The notes beneath the pieces were generated by a model. It saw nothing but the letters and a program-made list of their open reading frames with translations. It was not told the DNA's origin and searched no databases. 59,218 nt of DNA, taken from Mesotaenium endlicherianum (Eukaryota). The position numbers and the translations under genes were made by a program. Below are positions 35,999-49,300 of this stretch, piece after piece (within the stretch, counting starts at the first letter, position 1; each line of letters starts with the position of its first letter). Where the stretch lies: the NCBI GenBank assembly GCA_009602735.1, contig WELA01002483.1, forward strand, positions 165,003 to 224,220, in the 5' to 3' direction.

Positions 35999-36782
35999 AT
36001 TAGCTTTTCTCTCGCCAGCAACTGGAAATCACATACAAGGTTAGAGCAGAAATGATTGTACAATATGTCGCGTAAGCTAAGAGATGGGAACGACGTCTGC
36101 CGGTTGAGTCCAATGCTGAGTTGTAGTACTTTCATCAATCATTCACTTCATGCAATAACAAGGTACACCCAGTCTCATGCAGACACGCACTCCTTGTAAC
36201 AACTGGAAGATAGCACAAGCTAACTTGTGCTCCAGATCGAGTCCTATCACCGGGGTATTGCATGCTCATTAGCGCGTTATTCTGCAAATTGAAGATAGAC
36301 ACGGACTGTATGCGAATCCGGAGGGTCGCAGTTGGTCGCAGTACGCGAGACCGAGAGTAGGGCCCCGCTTGGTCCCGCCTCCCAATTGTCTTCCCGAGAA
36401 ACTGCAGGGCCCACGGGTCCAGGGCTAAGAGCATGCGGTCGGTTGAGGTCTGTACAGTTTCAAGCAGTTTTAGGTACGTAGATTGGTTGTGACATGTGCT
36501 TGACGCTGCTATTTGCTCATCGTTGCCGCGGGAGAACATGTTAGAGGCGAGGCAAATATGAGGCTGGAACATCGGAGTCCGCCAGAGTCCGCACACAATT
36601 GTATCTCCCCCGAATGTGGTTAAACATAGTGTTTTTCCAGACAAGAACTGTTATCTTGGAGGTCAAGATACCATCGACAACAGTCGTCACCCATCAACTT
36701 GTACCAACGGAAGCCGAGTCCCGACACGGTGAAAAGTCAGGGCTCACTTCACGAGTTACAACTTACAAGTTTCAAGTTACGA

Positions 36783-36906
36783 CTACGAGTCTGAGAGTCG
36801 AGAGTTGAGACTCGAGACCTGGTTGAGACTCGAGAGTCGAGCAGAATCAAGACTCGAGATTCCAGATTCGAGAATCGAGAGTTGAGACTCGTGAGTCGTC
36901 ACTCGA
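36783..36906. repeat. Degenerate ~7-bp tandem repeat (GACTCGA/GAGTCGA/GAGTTGA)
   Basis: Visible array gagagtcgagagttgagactcgag...gagactcgagagtcgag...gactcgagattccagattcgagaatcgagagttgagactcg. Confidence 0.75.
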
Positions 36907-37080
36907 AAGTGGCAGATGTATGTAAGCGACAAGTAAGCAGCCGGCTGTCGAACTTGTATTGAGATATTGTCACTGTCAGTCCGCAGATTTGGCTGTCAAG
37001 AAAACAACCAGGGTATACAACAACCGTGCACACGACTGTCACACTCGACGCCAAACGCGCTCTCAGTGCTTTGTTGTGCT

Positions 37081-37133
37081 CTAGCCAGGCTCTAGCATGG
37101 CTCTAGCCTGCTCTAGCCCAGCTCTAGCCTCTA
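37081..37133. repeat. Short ~10-bp tandem repeat (GCTCTAGCC core)
   Basis: ctagccaggc tctagcatgg ctctagcctg ctctagccca gctctagcct. Confidence 0.75.
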
Positions 37134-37270
37134 TCCAGTTAGACGCCGCGGCCAGCCAGCCCTGGACCATACTGACTACCGTCCCGCCTCTCAACTTTGG
37201 GGACAGGAGGACGCCAGCTGATCTGACGTATGCAGGACGATGGCTGCTGAAGCTTTTAATTCCTGTCGAG

Positions 37271-37562
37271 CAGGCCCCAGGATTCGACAATAGTCGCGGA
37301 TTTCGGAAAATTTCGGAACATCCTCTGGCCTGCTCTGGGAGACGGTCAGGGTTTCGAGAACATCCGACAAAATTTGGTAGGATTTCTAATGACGTAATAA
37401 CATCCCACGACAATTTTTAAAGAAAAATAGGAAATTTTGGGATTTTACGCGACATCCGCTCCCAAGGACCAGGATTTTTTCCGACATAATCTAAGATTCT
37501 TCATGCTTTTAAAACATCCAAAAACCCGAATAACATAAATTTAATTCGAATCCTGGGGCCTG
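37271..37562. mobile_element. Non-autonomous hAT-type MITE, copy 2 (292 bp), inverted relative to copy 1
   Basis: Same 17-bp TIR; 8-bp TSD CTGTCGAG at 37263-37270 and 37563-37570; interior is a diverged reverse complement of 22687-22983. Confidence 0.9.
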
Positions 37563-37570
37563 CTGTCGAG

Positions 37571-37634
37571 CCTAAACACCCTAAACCTGCCTAAACAAGC
37601 CTAAACCAGCCTAAACCAGCCTAAATCAACCTAG
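37571..37634. repeat. ~10-bp tandem repeat CCTAAACCAG-like (telomere-like CCTAAA core)
   Basis: cctaaacacc ctaaacctgc ctaaacaagc ctaaaccagc ctaaaccagc ctaaatcaac ctag. Confidence 0.75.
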
Positions 37635-38841
37635 AGGCGTCTTCTGGTATCTTGCACCTCGTGCGGTCGTGCCACTTGGCGGGACTCGTTTTGCCGTATT
37701 GCATGTATATGCCTGTCCAAGTCAGTCCAAGTCTGCGTTCTGGCCAGTGGTCAGACGTGGCAGATAGCTTTCACATGACCCCCAAACTTTTCTCAAGGTG
37801 GCACACTGTGGCACACCTCTTTAAAGAAGAGCAAAAGCTTGCACTGATTCATCTAGCTTCACACTATCATCGAGGGTGTGGCGAACAAAGTATCTGAACA
37901 GATGTACTTGCATTTCTGAATTGTAAAATGCAAAAACGGTGTCTTTACCATGCCTGCCAAGCTTTTAAAGAGGCGAAGTTAATCACATCTTTAACAACCT
38001 CACTCGATCCTCAAAGAGAGACATCTTGCTGTGCAAAAAATATTTTCGTATAACTATAGTTGCTATACTTCTAGATTCTCCTGCCCTGAGTTTGTAAATT
38101 ACCATGTTGCAACAATCACAAGCAATGAATGCCACTTTGTCAAACTACTATATATTTGTTGTCGGACCGTGGAGCCGATAAAATATACAAGCGTTTTTCA
38201 GACGTGATACATGAGATGTCAAATGCTGACAATTTATATCAGATTGGCTGTCAAGCGGCTTCACGTTATGTGAACAGGTTGCACGTTGCATATTCATTAA
38301 GTTCCTTGTGGATCATGTTCCTTGTGGAGCACATTGATAGCAGCAGAAGAAGCAGCAAACTTAGGAGTTCACGCACAGCAAGTTAGGCATGAGTACAAGC
38401 CTACCGCCAACGTGGGAAGCTGGAAGTTTCACATCTTTGACGCTGCAAAGCCAGGGCTACCAAAAAAGCTCTAAGAGCTTAGCTGGAGCTGCAAACTGGT
38501 ACAGCCGGAGTGTCGAGTAAGACGAGCTACTAAAGGGGCAATGCAGTTGATCCTCTCAAAAAACCCTACTAGGGTGGACTGAACGAGGCAACTTTTCATC
38601 GACTCCCCCTGGCCAGCGTTATGTCCATTGTTGCTCTCTTAAGTTACAGCAGAATACTGGCATGTACATTTCGTCGATATGCCAGTACTCTGTTGTAACA
38701 CTGCACCTCACTGACATTCTCTTGCAGGACCTTGGCTGACTTAAGATCAAACACACAGGCGCGGGTCATCGTCTCCACGACATGCTTCCTCTCACCATTC
38801 ACCACTCACAGACGGTGCCAAAATTATGCTGTTGAGAACGC

Positions 38842-40094
38842 TTACGGCAGACACACATTGAGGCCGATGTACAGCGAGCCTGTCCGGCAGTTGACCCCGT
38901 TATTTAACGACCGAAAGAGTGCCACGTTGCGGTTGAACCTATGGTAAATGACGGAGGCACACGTGTCGCCCCTGTGGATTGTATAATACTTGCGGCATGT
39001 GGCGGCGCCTTGTTGGACAAACCCCCCCAGGCAGACCTGATGGCGGCAGCAGCAGAAAGGGCAGATGTCAGCGACGGCATCAGGGTCTAAAGAGTCAGGA
39101 CGTCCGTGCGCACGAAAAAAAATCTCGTCAAAATTTCATGCTTCATGCGTCCATAGCCCTGCTCCTGCGGTGCATTTACCGGGTGCCAATCGGCTGTTCA
39201 TTGATGAGCTCAGTGGAGCAAAAACACATGCCCTCTCCTGAGCCCCTCTCGAGGGTGGTCTCTAAGGGGCTCTCCAAACTGTCACAGGCGCGAGTTGTTA
39301 AATCAAAACGGAAAGACAAGATTGCAAGAGACCAATCTCCACGGGTCTTTGTCGTACGCGGCAACTACAAGGTGGAACTCCATCCCACATTGGTAGACCA
39401 CTGTGGACTCCATAGTGCCCGAGGGGCATGTCACCGCTGCAAGTATGCAAAGCAGACGCGTTCAGTCCTTTCCGGACACCCATATGCGCACACACGCTAT
39501 GCCTCCACTCTCGAGTGCCAATAGCACAGCGACAGCATTCTGGGACAGGCATTTGTCGGACAGTGCAATTAGTGACCCTGGGCCATAGCACGCAAGCATT
39601 TTCCGCCGGCACTGCGCAGGGAGGTCACCAGCCAGAGGACACCTGCTGGGCTACAGAAACCGCAGGGAGCAGCACAGGAGCTTGTCAAGCTCAAGGTCTT
39701 TGAAGCGAGCGAGCTCTCGTCAGTCACCGCCGGCGTTGCAAACGAGTAGAGCGCAAGAGTCAGAACGCGTGTGGGCTGGAGAGTGCATGTATGTGCTTGC
39801 GGCGTGTGTGTCGACGTACCTGCTGGCCGGGCAGCGAGAGTCCCTTGGTGGGAATCAGATTGGAGCAGTAGATGCCGGGGTTTAAATAGTAGAATCGTGC
39901 AGGTCCCAGCCTGTACTGGGTCCAGATTGACTGACAGGTATCGCCGGCCTCCACTGCCATGTAGTCCACACACTCGGGAGCTTCCAACATCCTATCGCCA
40001 GCTTGCACACAGATCTGCAGTCACACATTGAGGGCAACACATAGAAACATTCAGCTCCAGTCGGCATACGCACACCCATATATCACCCATACAG

Positions 40095-40147
<53 letters not shown>

Positions 40148-41222
40148 CTTGAACTAAAAGGAGCAGCTCCTTGGAACTGGAGCAGCTAATGGCTTGGAGA
40201 AGCCGGCACATCGGCAGGTACCATGTCGTCACACACTGCAAGCAAAAGGAAGTGCTTACTGCACATCTCAACAACCATGCCAGTGTTTAGGTCACTCGGG
40301 CCTCCTCCTGTTCAGCAGACAGTACAAATATATGTGTGCCTTTTCATGTCACAAGGTTCTTCTCTATGCCACATGTGTGTGTGTATCTGCATGCATATAT
40401 CTTTGCGTGTGCTGCATGTAGTTTGGACACAAGTACACGCGTGTGCGCAAGGAATAAGCAGGGTACGAGGCAAGCTTGCTCTTCCAGCCACAGCATCCTT
40501 CTCGAAAGGTGCACTAGCACATCAGAAGTTACACTACGACCACGAGCAGCAGCAGTGCTTCTCACGACGTGCCGCACTTCAGCGCAATCGTCTGCCCTCT
40601 GAAAGCTTCTCCGTCCCAGATGGGCTCGCCCCAGCAACAGAAGACCTCCAACAGAAGAAACCGCACGAGTTACCACCAGAATGAGCTACCCTGGCCCTCA
40701 GAGAACATCATGGCAACGTGACAGAGAGACAGGTGCTTTCCAGCAGGAGCAGCTGTAATGTCGGGCAGCTAGCTCCAGCCACACAGAACATGAGGCGACA
40801 GGGCACTGACTTGGTTTCAGAGGAGGGGAGAGAGGGGCCAGCTGGCGGTGAAGAACACCTTGGGAGAGGGAGTGGAGCTGAGGGCGCTATGCAAAGGAAG
40901 GAGGGGCTCACCTGCTGCCCCGGTTGTAACTGCTGGCAGTTGAGGCCGGGATTCAGCTCCAAGAGCTCCACATTGTCAAACACCCCGGCGATTGACCGAC
41001 ACGTGTCGCCCTGCAAGCAACGCACACCACCCGCGATTTCGTAGGGCAAAGTCACACCCGGAGGGAGAAGGCACAGCCGCGGCCGCATAGCTTAGACGCG
41101 CCCATCACCAAATTGGCTCCGGACGGTACTTTCTGGAAGACCACATGCAGCTCGCCAGTGCGGGCTCATGCCTCTACGGATTGCGAGCGCGCGTGCACAT
41201 GCACACGCGCCCACGCGCGTGT

Positions 41223-41254
<32 letters not shown>

Positions 41255-43329
41255 ACCTCGTGGCACTGCATCTAGCTTGCCATGGAGCCTTGCTCTCTAA
41301 GTTTCATGATTCAAAGGCCAGGGTAGTGCTGAGCTCACAGGCGCAACGGAGTAGGTGACGCCGCAGCCCTCACTGTTGTTCCTGTAGACCACCGCCAGGA
41401 CGACTCCTGGCGTCGGATGGGGCGTGCACCTCAGGTTCTGTCACAGAAGAATGGGAGAGCATGAAGCTGACTGAAACCAGCTGTCCTTGTGCCTACGAGA
41501 GGAAGAGGCAAGCCTGCGCAATTGATAGCTTCTAGATCTGAATGCTCGTTAATCAGAACCACTGCAGTGCGGAGGCTCTGTTGCGAGTATGGGAACGTGA
41601 AAGTGCTGCGACAGCGTCAATCTCGCGGCAGAGACTGCAGTCCCCATCTGTTTGCAGATTGACAGAGATGGAGAGCATTATCCAGACGCAGACATCATTG
41701 AGCACCGAGAGAAACTGGTGGGCGGAGACAGAATGCGTGAGAACTGGACAGTCAGGCATACAGAGATGTGCGCCAAAAATCAGAGTCCCTGAACACACGT
41801 GCATGTGCAGCAGCCCCCACGTCTGCACAATGTCGGGGCGTCGCAGTCAAGCTTAGAGCGGCGGCGGAGTCTTCAGACACAGTGGTGCGACATGCCAGCT
41901 GGCAACGAGGGTGCGGCGGGGGTGGCACTCACGGGATTCAAGCTCAGGAGCTGGTCCAGGGTGATGCGGAACATGGTGTGGATGAGGTAGCACGTGTCGT
42001 TCTTCTGCACCTTGTAGGTGCCGCTGTCAACGTAGCCCGGGTCTGCAGGAGGCGGCACGCACACACACGCAAAACGCACACACACGCACGCGCGCGTGCG
42101 CGCGCGCCCGTCTGGATGCTTGAGAACAAAGCGTCAGCAGGCGCATGCTCGTGCGCCACAACCCGGGCCACATGCAATGACATGCCGCATCGCAGCTCCA
42201 GCTTGCGCCCAGTCAGGCAGCACAGCAGGGGCACTTGCACGGCTTTTCCACTGTTGCGCATCTCACGAACAAACTCTCTGCTTCTCATTCTGCCCCCTTC
42301 GGGACGGGTCTCTGGCCAAGGGCACGACAAACACATGCACACAAGAAAGGCCAGAGATCGACGAACCGCTGCTCGCTGGCCCGCCTGCACCGCCTCGTGG
42401 CAGATGTACGCGATGAAGAACCCAAATCCGACCACGCCCCTAACGTCTTGTACTCCAGACAGAGGTCGGGTGGTGCGAGCGAGGGGTGGAGGGCCGCACT
42501 CACAGGTGGCACACGTCGGCTGCAGGTTCAAGAGCTGCGTAACAAAATACCCAAAGGGGCAGATGCACGTGTAGCTGCCCCGCCCGTCGTCAATGCACGT
42601 CCCCACCTTGCACGGGTTGAACGTCGAGAAGGTGCACGGCCGCGCTGCACATACCCGCCCACCACGTACGTGCCAGGTGGCAGCAACGGTTAGAGGGTCA
42701 CATGTGACCAGAGAGCAGCATAAGCGATTGCTGGTGTCGGCGCGCCCAACGCTGAGGACCCTCAGTAGGCTCAGACAGTGAATCAAACGTCAGACAAACA
42801 ATACGCAGAGGCTGGATGATCACGTATAGCACGTTCACTCACATCTACACGCCGCACCAGGAGCCGATTGGCGGCGCTGGAGTCAGAGGTCAGCGGCGAC
42901 ACAAAGCGAGGGGTAACAGGGCAGGCCTGACTTCCCGTAAGGAGCACCGAAAAGTGCAATGGCAGGGGAACTGGCGCGTCAGACCACACCTTCCGGTGCA
43001 GGTACCAAGCATGGGGGGGCTTAACAAATTAAGCCGGGCCAAGCGACGTCAGGCCCCCAGCAGGTGAGGTCGCACGCTTCACAGGGCTGACGTCAGCACA
43101 GCTTACCAGGAGCGCAGGACTGGGAGCCGTCGACGTTGCTGACGGCCACGAACTGGTCGGGGCACATGCACTCGTAGCTACTTCCCGCAGGAATGCAGGT
43201 CCCGCCCCCGCAGGGGTTGATGCCCCCGCACGGGCTGCTGGCTGCACACCACCAGAAGAATGGAGCAAATAGGACCAGACATACGTATGTGGGCCTATAT
43301 GTAAATGCGTGGTTTGATGTCGCGGGAGA

Positions 43330-43380
<51 letters not shown>

Positions 43381-46300
43381 TNGCGAGCACCGACCCGCGA
43401 GGACGGGGTAGGAGGCGGGCGTGGCGGCGACGCCACAGATGCCGGGGCCGCCCGCGATGGCCAGGCGCATGTACCCGCCCTCGCCCCAGCTGGCGCCCCA
43501 CGAGTTGCGGATGATGAGGTAGGGGCGCGGCGTGTTGAGCACGTAGCCCACAAGCAGCACCGCGTGGTCCACCATCTCGTCGGCATAGCACCCGGGGTCC
43601 GCAAACAGGCCCTGGCGGGAGACACCAAGGCGAGAGTGAGAGAGAGTGTGAGTGGTAAAGAGAGTGAACGGGAAGGGCGGGGGAGGGACAGACAGAGAGA
43701 GGCAGAGGGAGGTGGGATAGGGCGCAGACGACTCACTCCTTTGTAATTCACGAACGAGTCCTGGCTGCCTTCCACGTGGACTACAACAGGCTGCCGCTGC
43801 ACTGCCAGCAGGAGACCGAACCAGCCGTAGAAGTCGACCTGCTCCCACTGGGCAATCCCGTACTTGCCCAGCTTCTCCTGCAGGCACACGCAAGCTATCC
43901 AAGTGTGAACACCAAATGTTTAAGATCACTTTCATTGGGTTGGTAAGCTTCCCATAAGTGAAGACTTGCGTGCAGACAGACATGCACATGCCATGAGTAG
44001 ACACACGTACCGGGGCAGATGTGTACATTCACGCCAGAGCAGCACACAAGGATATAAAGAATAATGCAGTTATGCTCCGTTTGCAACTACTTATGTTTGT
44101 TCAAGTCATGCACTAAGTTTTAGGGGAGGTTTAATCACTGGCATTCAGATGTTTCAGGCGTTCAACAAAGCGACTCATGAAATCCACTCCAAATTTCAGT
44201 CAATAAATAAATGTGACTGAACGACTGTCGTGCATGCCATCACTTTCAGCTGTTACTTCACGCGTGTTGCTGTCGTAAATGCAGGCATTCAGTAATGCAG
44301 ACGGTCCAGTCATGACTGCCTATACAACCAACGCAATTGTTCTACAATCGTTCATTCACTAACGCCAAACAGTCGGTTTCGACCACTCCTCCAGACCTGT
44401 CTCAGAAGTCCTTATTGTTCATCTCACGCCAACTTCTTCAAGCAGGCAAAGGCATAATTGCTCTCATCAAATTAGCACACACAGCTCAAAAAGATCAGAG
44501 CGACATCTATTTGCCTTTATTCACGGACATGCGAATGTATGTTACTCTACTCCACTGCAACCTATGTTTGCATCGGCATTGCTTTCAAAAGTTGCAACAC
44601 ACCGTTGCTGCATCTCCACGACATGCAAAGATATGTACGCATGCACACATAGACAGGCAGCCAGGCAAAAACTGCATCCCAGAAACAAACTGCGAGACCA
44701 CGCATATCACACGTCCTTCTTTCTCTTACTTTGTCGGCCGCACATTTGGACAGCTCGGTCCCCCGGTAGGGGTAGGCGGCGCTCGTGGTGAGGCCTTTCC
44801 CGCCCGCCGCATAATCAAACGCTTCGCCCGGCCACCCCCCCGCGCACGCGCCGCTGCCCGCCTGGCAGTCCAGCACCTGCTGCTCGCTGGCCGACACCGC
44901 GCCCGCCCCCGGGTTGGTGATGGAGAACGCGCTCTCGATGGCGCCCACCGCCGCAAACGCCCAGCTGGCACCTGGCAGAGGTGGCATACCCAGCAAGCCA
45001 AGGTCAGCATGGTCCAGGCTGAGAAGACGGGGATGAAATAACGCCACACGAGATCACAGTGGCATTCTAGGACGCGGAGAAAGTCGGTCTAGTACACTGG
45101 CACCAGCCAGCTCCTGATGTTTGCCGCACGCGCGCAAACACGCATGCAGAGCGTATAGTATCTACATGTATATAAAAGTTGTAGAAAAATACATGGAGGG
45201 GCCACAAGAATTACACACACACAAACACACAGACACACACACACAGGCGTGCACGAGCAGTCAGGAGGCAAATGCACTTCCGCTGATGGAGCACGGGCCA
45301 AGGATACGTGGAAGGCCTGATAAACGACACGTGGTTGCTGCTCTGATCGCAGAAGCATGAGGACCCGCCCAGCTTGAGGCCCCACCCGAGACCTCAGGCC
45401 CTCCGCCCGCCCCCCCCCCCAAGCCCAGCACGTCCCTACAGCAACAAAAGTAGCTCTCCTGAGCAAACCCTCCAATCATGGTAGGTGCTCTGCGTCACAC
45501 AGGTGTCGCATTTGTAGCGTGCCAGATACAGGAGCTCAGGCTCATGGCTCTGCAGTTTGGGCCAGGGGCCAATGATCGGGAACTGGGCCAAGTCTGGGCC
45601 AGGGTGTGTGCGCAAGTTCCAGTGGGGGGCCTTACCGCAGCGCAGCTGGTCCTTGACGGGGGGCAGCACGGCCTTGCCCTTTGGCTGGCGCCAGTCCACG
45701 CTGCTCTGGATGCTCCAGTCCACACCGCTGCTGTTGGTGCCGCCCGAGAACCCGTAGCTGGCGTGGCGGAACCCCGGGTTGAAGTGGCGTGAGGGCGCAG
45801 CCTCTTCAGGAAACACGAGGCCTGTCACGTGCTGCAGCAGCGCGGGGGGGGCTTGCGGCGGAGGGGGGGCTGCAGGGCCACAAACAAGCAAAGACAAACA
45901 ACCCAAGTACTATGTGTGTGTGTGTGTGTGATTATTGTACGAGGGAACCGGAGAGGCGGATGATAGGACGGCGCAAGAAGGAGCCGCGCCGCCCTTATCG
46001 GTGCAGGTGGTGCACACGCAAACGCTGCTCAAGATAAGAGCCCAAGGGAGGAGCGGATGTGAGACAAGAGGGTCCTCCCAGGAGGGTGGTCCTCCCACAG
46101 GAGCGCATCTTGATTGCCCCAACACCTGGCATCAAGCAGCGGAACCCCTAGAGCCCTCAACTCTCGCCATGTGGCAAAATTTACAGGGCTTCCCAGAGTG
46201 CAAGGTATCGATCCCTTCTGTGCCTTCATAAATTTGCGCAGAGGGGTGGCGCTGGCTGCTATGAATATCTGCTCTTTTGACCGGCTGCGCACTCGTTTCT

Positions 46301-49300
46301 CTCATGCCTAAGAATGATGCTGCGGTGGACGACTTCTTTCCTGCGACACCACCATCGCTCACCAAGCCGAGCTCACAAACTGTGCAACATAGAGTGCGAG
46401 AAGCCGCGCCCAGAGCATGACCAAATATAAAGTGACACCCTCCTCTGTGCCTCCACTCAGAGGAAAGAAAACTGATTTGGAGCAAGGGATTCCCCAGAAG
46501 CACAAGCCCACGAAGAAGTGCCCACCAGTAATTTCCATGCAGGAGTTGACTTGCGGTCCTATAGTGAAGCCGGCGAAGCAGAGGCAGGTGGGCGTGGTGC
46601 TGTTGAGGTAGCACTCGCCGCCCGACTGGTTCTCACTGCCCGTCCCGCAGATGGAGTAGGTGTCGGCCCCACAGAAGGCCGCGCACGCCGCCGTCGTGCG
46701 CTGGCGGGTGGCGGGGCACGAGCCGCGGTTTGTGAAGCAGTTGTCGGAAGCGCATGCGATGGACCCGTTAAGAAACTCCACATGGGCGCTGCCTATCAGG
46801 TAGTTTTTGTCTGCGCGGACGACACCTGTCCGCGTCTGGAAGCGTGGGAACTCGCCCGTCAACTGGTTCGACGAGAAGTCCCTGACACACACAGGAGACA
46901 CATGCGCGCACATGTGCACAGGCACACAGGGGACGCATCACACACAGAGACACAGACAATCCACATAAGGAACACGTGGGCACACACAAGAACGCGTGTG
47001 AGCGATAACCACATCGACAAAGACAAGTCATGGCAAGCGTGCGAGTCCTCCTCTCTTCTGACAGTAGGATCAGGGCCATCGAGATGCACACGAGTGGACT
47101 GACCCTTCACAGAATGCAACCTCTTCCTTCAAGTACCGAAGCTCCTGAAGGTGGTGCCGTCCCACGCGAAGCCGAGCACGACCTTGCCGGAACAAGAGGA
47201 GAGGATCAGAGGGGCCAAACTCTGGCAGCGTCAGTCCCCTCCTTCCACCAGACCGGGAGTCAACAACACAGCCCAGACACCGATGCCTCGGTCCTAGCAC
47301 ACTTCTCACGGCAGCTCCGCAGCATGCAGCCACGCTGGCAAGCAGCAAGCCTTTAAGGGGGGGGGCTGAGCCCCCGGCACACGGTACCCGCTCCGCGCAA
47401 GGTGCGGCGAGAGACGGCCCAAAAAACAAAGCTGCATGACGGTGCCGTTCTACCAGCACCAGAGGCTTCAGAAAGCGTGTGCTCCTCGTGTTCCTCGTAA
47501 GGCAACACGCTGCCCAACTGGAAGATGTGACGGGAGGCAGGGTGCGGGCGGGGAATAGGCAGCTAGCTCGCTCACTCACAGTAGTCTCAGGCGATCCAAG
47601 CTCCCCACGCAGAAAGGGAAGCTTCCATAAAACAGGTTTCCCTGCAGCTGCCTGCCCCCCCCCCCCGCCCCCCCCGCCAAACAAAACGCGCACACACACA
47701 CACACAGACATATAACGTTACATCATGCTAGATGACAACGCCTCAGGTATAGAGGCAGCATCTAAAGAAGCAGTGGCGTACGCAGGATGTGCCCAGCACT
47801 GAACATCAGCAGAAGGAGAGGCCGCATGGAGGGGACCCTAGGAGATATTAAATAGCTGTGGACCCGGAACGGCAACCCATGCGGACGTCCAGGTTCCAGG
47901 TGGGCAGTGGTGCCGCTTCTTACAGGCTGGTAATTCTGACGAGTTTGCACAGTTCAGTGCGGATGTGGCCGGTCAGCTGGTTCTTCTGCAGGTGCCTGCA
48001 TCAAACACCCCCCCGCCCCCCACCCTCCCCAACAAAAAACCCAATGCCGGACATGTTCAGACCCCTTCTGCAGCCTTAGGACGCACTGGCTCTTGAATCT
48101 GACGCCTGACGCGCTGACCCAGCTCCGGAGCTTCAGCGGCGCCAATGCAAGCAAGCACTCTGGCCGCCTTTCCGGCGAGTAGGAGGCAAACAAGTAGCAG
48201 TCAGAAGAAGCAAGAGAGGACTGCGCCCAAACCCACACCCACATCCACCGTCTCCCCTCAGCTGCCGGCACCGCCTCTGAGTGAGCCCCTCCACTTCACC
48301 AAACCCCTAAACCCTCGACTCTACGACTGAAGGAGTAGGCCCATCTCCAGGGGCAGGCAGATGGGCCCGACGCGTGGCATTAATCCAGCCCCGGATTTCG
48401 CACATGGCAGGCACTTGAACATATTTGAAGCACGCACATGATGGGTTGTGAGATAGACAGAGCTGGTAGGTTCAGCCAGTGAGGGGTCTCGAGCGTCAGC
48501 TTCAAGACAGCCTAATGTGGTTGAAGAGGCTGCCACTTGGCCTTTGTCTCCAATTCTTGACAGTCAAACCCCCGGCGCAATCTAATGCGTAATGAATAAG
48601 CCTGTCGTGAAGAGCGTTGCACTTGCCCCTTCACCTCTTCATTGCCCCCGCGGGTGACGCAATAAGGCCCCTTAGCCAAGGGACGGGCGAAGATGAGAGC
48701 CGCGGCGGATAGACATATGGGGAGGAAGCACGCAAAAACCCTGGCGGGGTTTGGGCTTGGACGAAGGTGGAGAGGGAGAGGAGACACCTATCTCAGATGC
48801 ACTCCAAGAAGGCACTCATTTTCTTGTCCCAGAAACTAATGAAGGGGCCGCAGGCTGGCCCCAAACTTACGCAGGGGAACAACTCGTCCAAGAAGTCACG
48901 ACACTCGGTGCACACAAACATGTCCCAAACCCCCTTGCCGTACCTAGCGCCACCATATGCAAAAACACAACGTCGACCGGAAGTCGCATGCGTTCAAAGG
49001 AGGAGGGGGGGTGAAAACCCTGCCATCCCTACAGTACAGTTCCTGGTGCTCTGGTGCACTTGACAGCGAGCCCGCCCACTTGGCCACTGCATGTGCAGAG
49101 AGGGGGAGGAAGAGTGCTGGGCCTCACAGCTGGGTGAGGTGGGTGAGGTTGCCCAGACACTCGGGGATGCCGCCTGTGAGCTGATTCTGCGCCAGCTCCC
49201 TGCCGCCCCCGCCCTCCCCACCCCGTTTGAAAATGCTGTCAGGATACCAGCTACTTCGAGCCCCTTTCAATATGAGGCTGCTATAGGCTTTTGAGGTCTC

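Noticed and set aside
36783..37634. CRISPR-like array
   Set aside because: Short degenerate tandem units without unique spacers, in a eukaryotic context with no cas genes.
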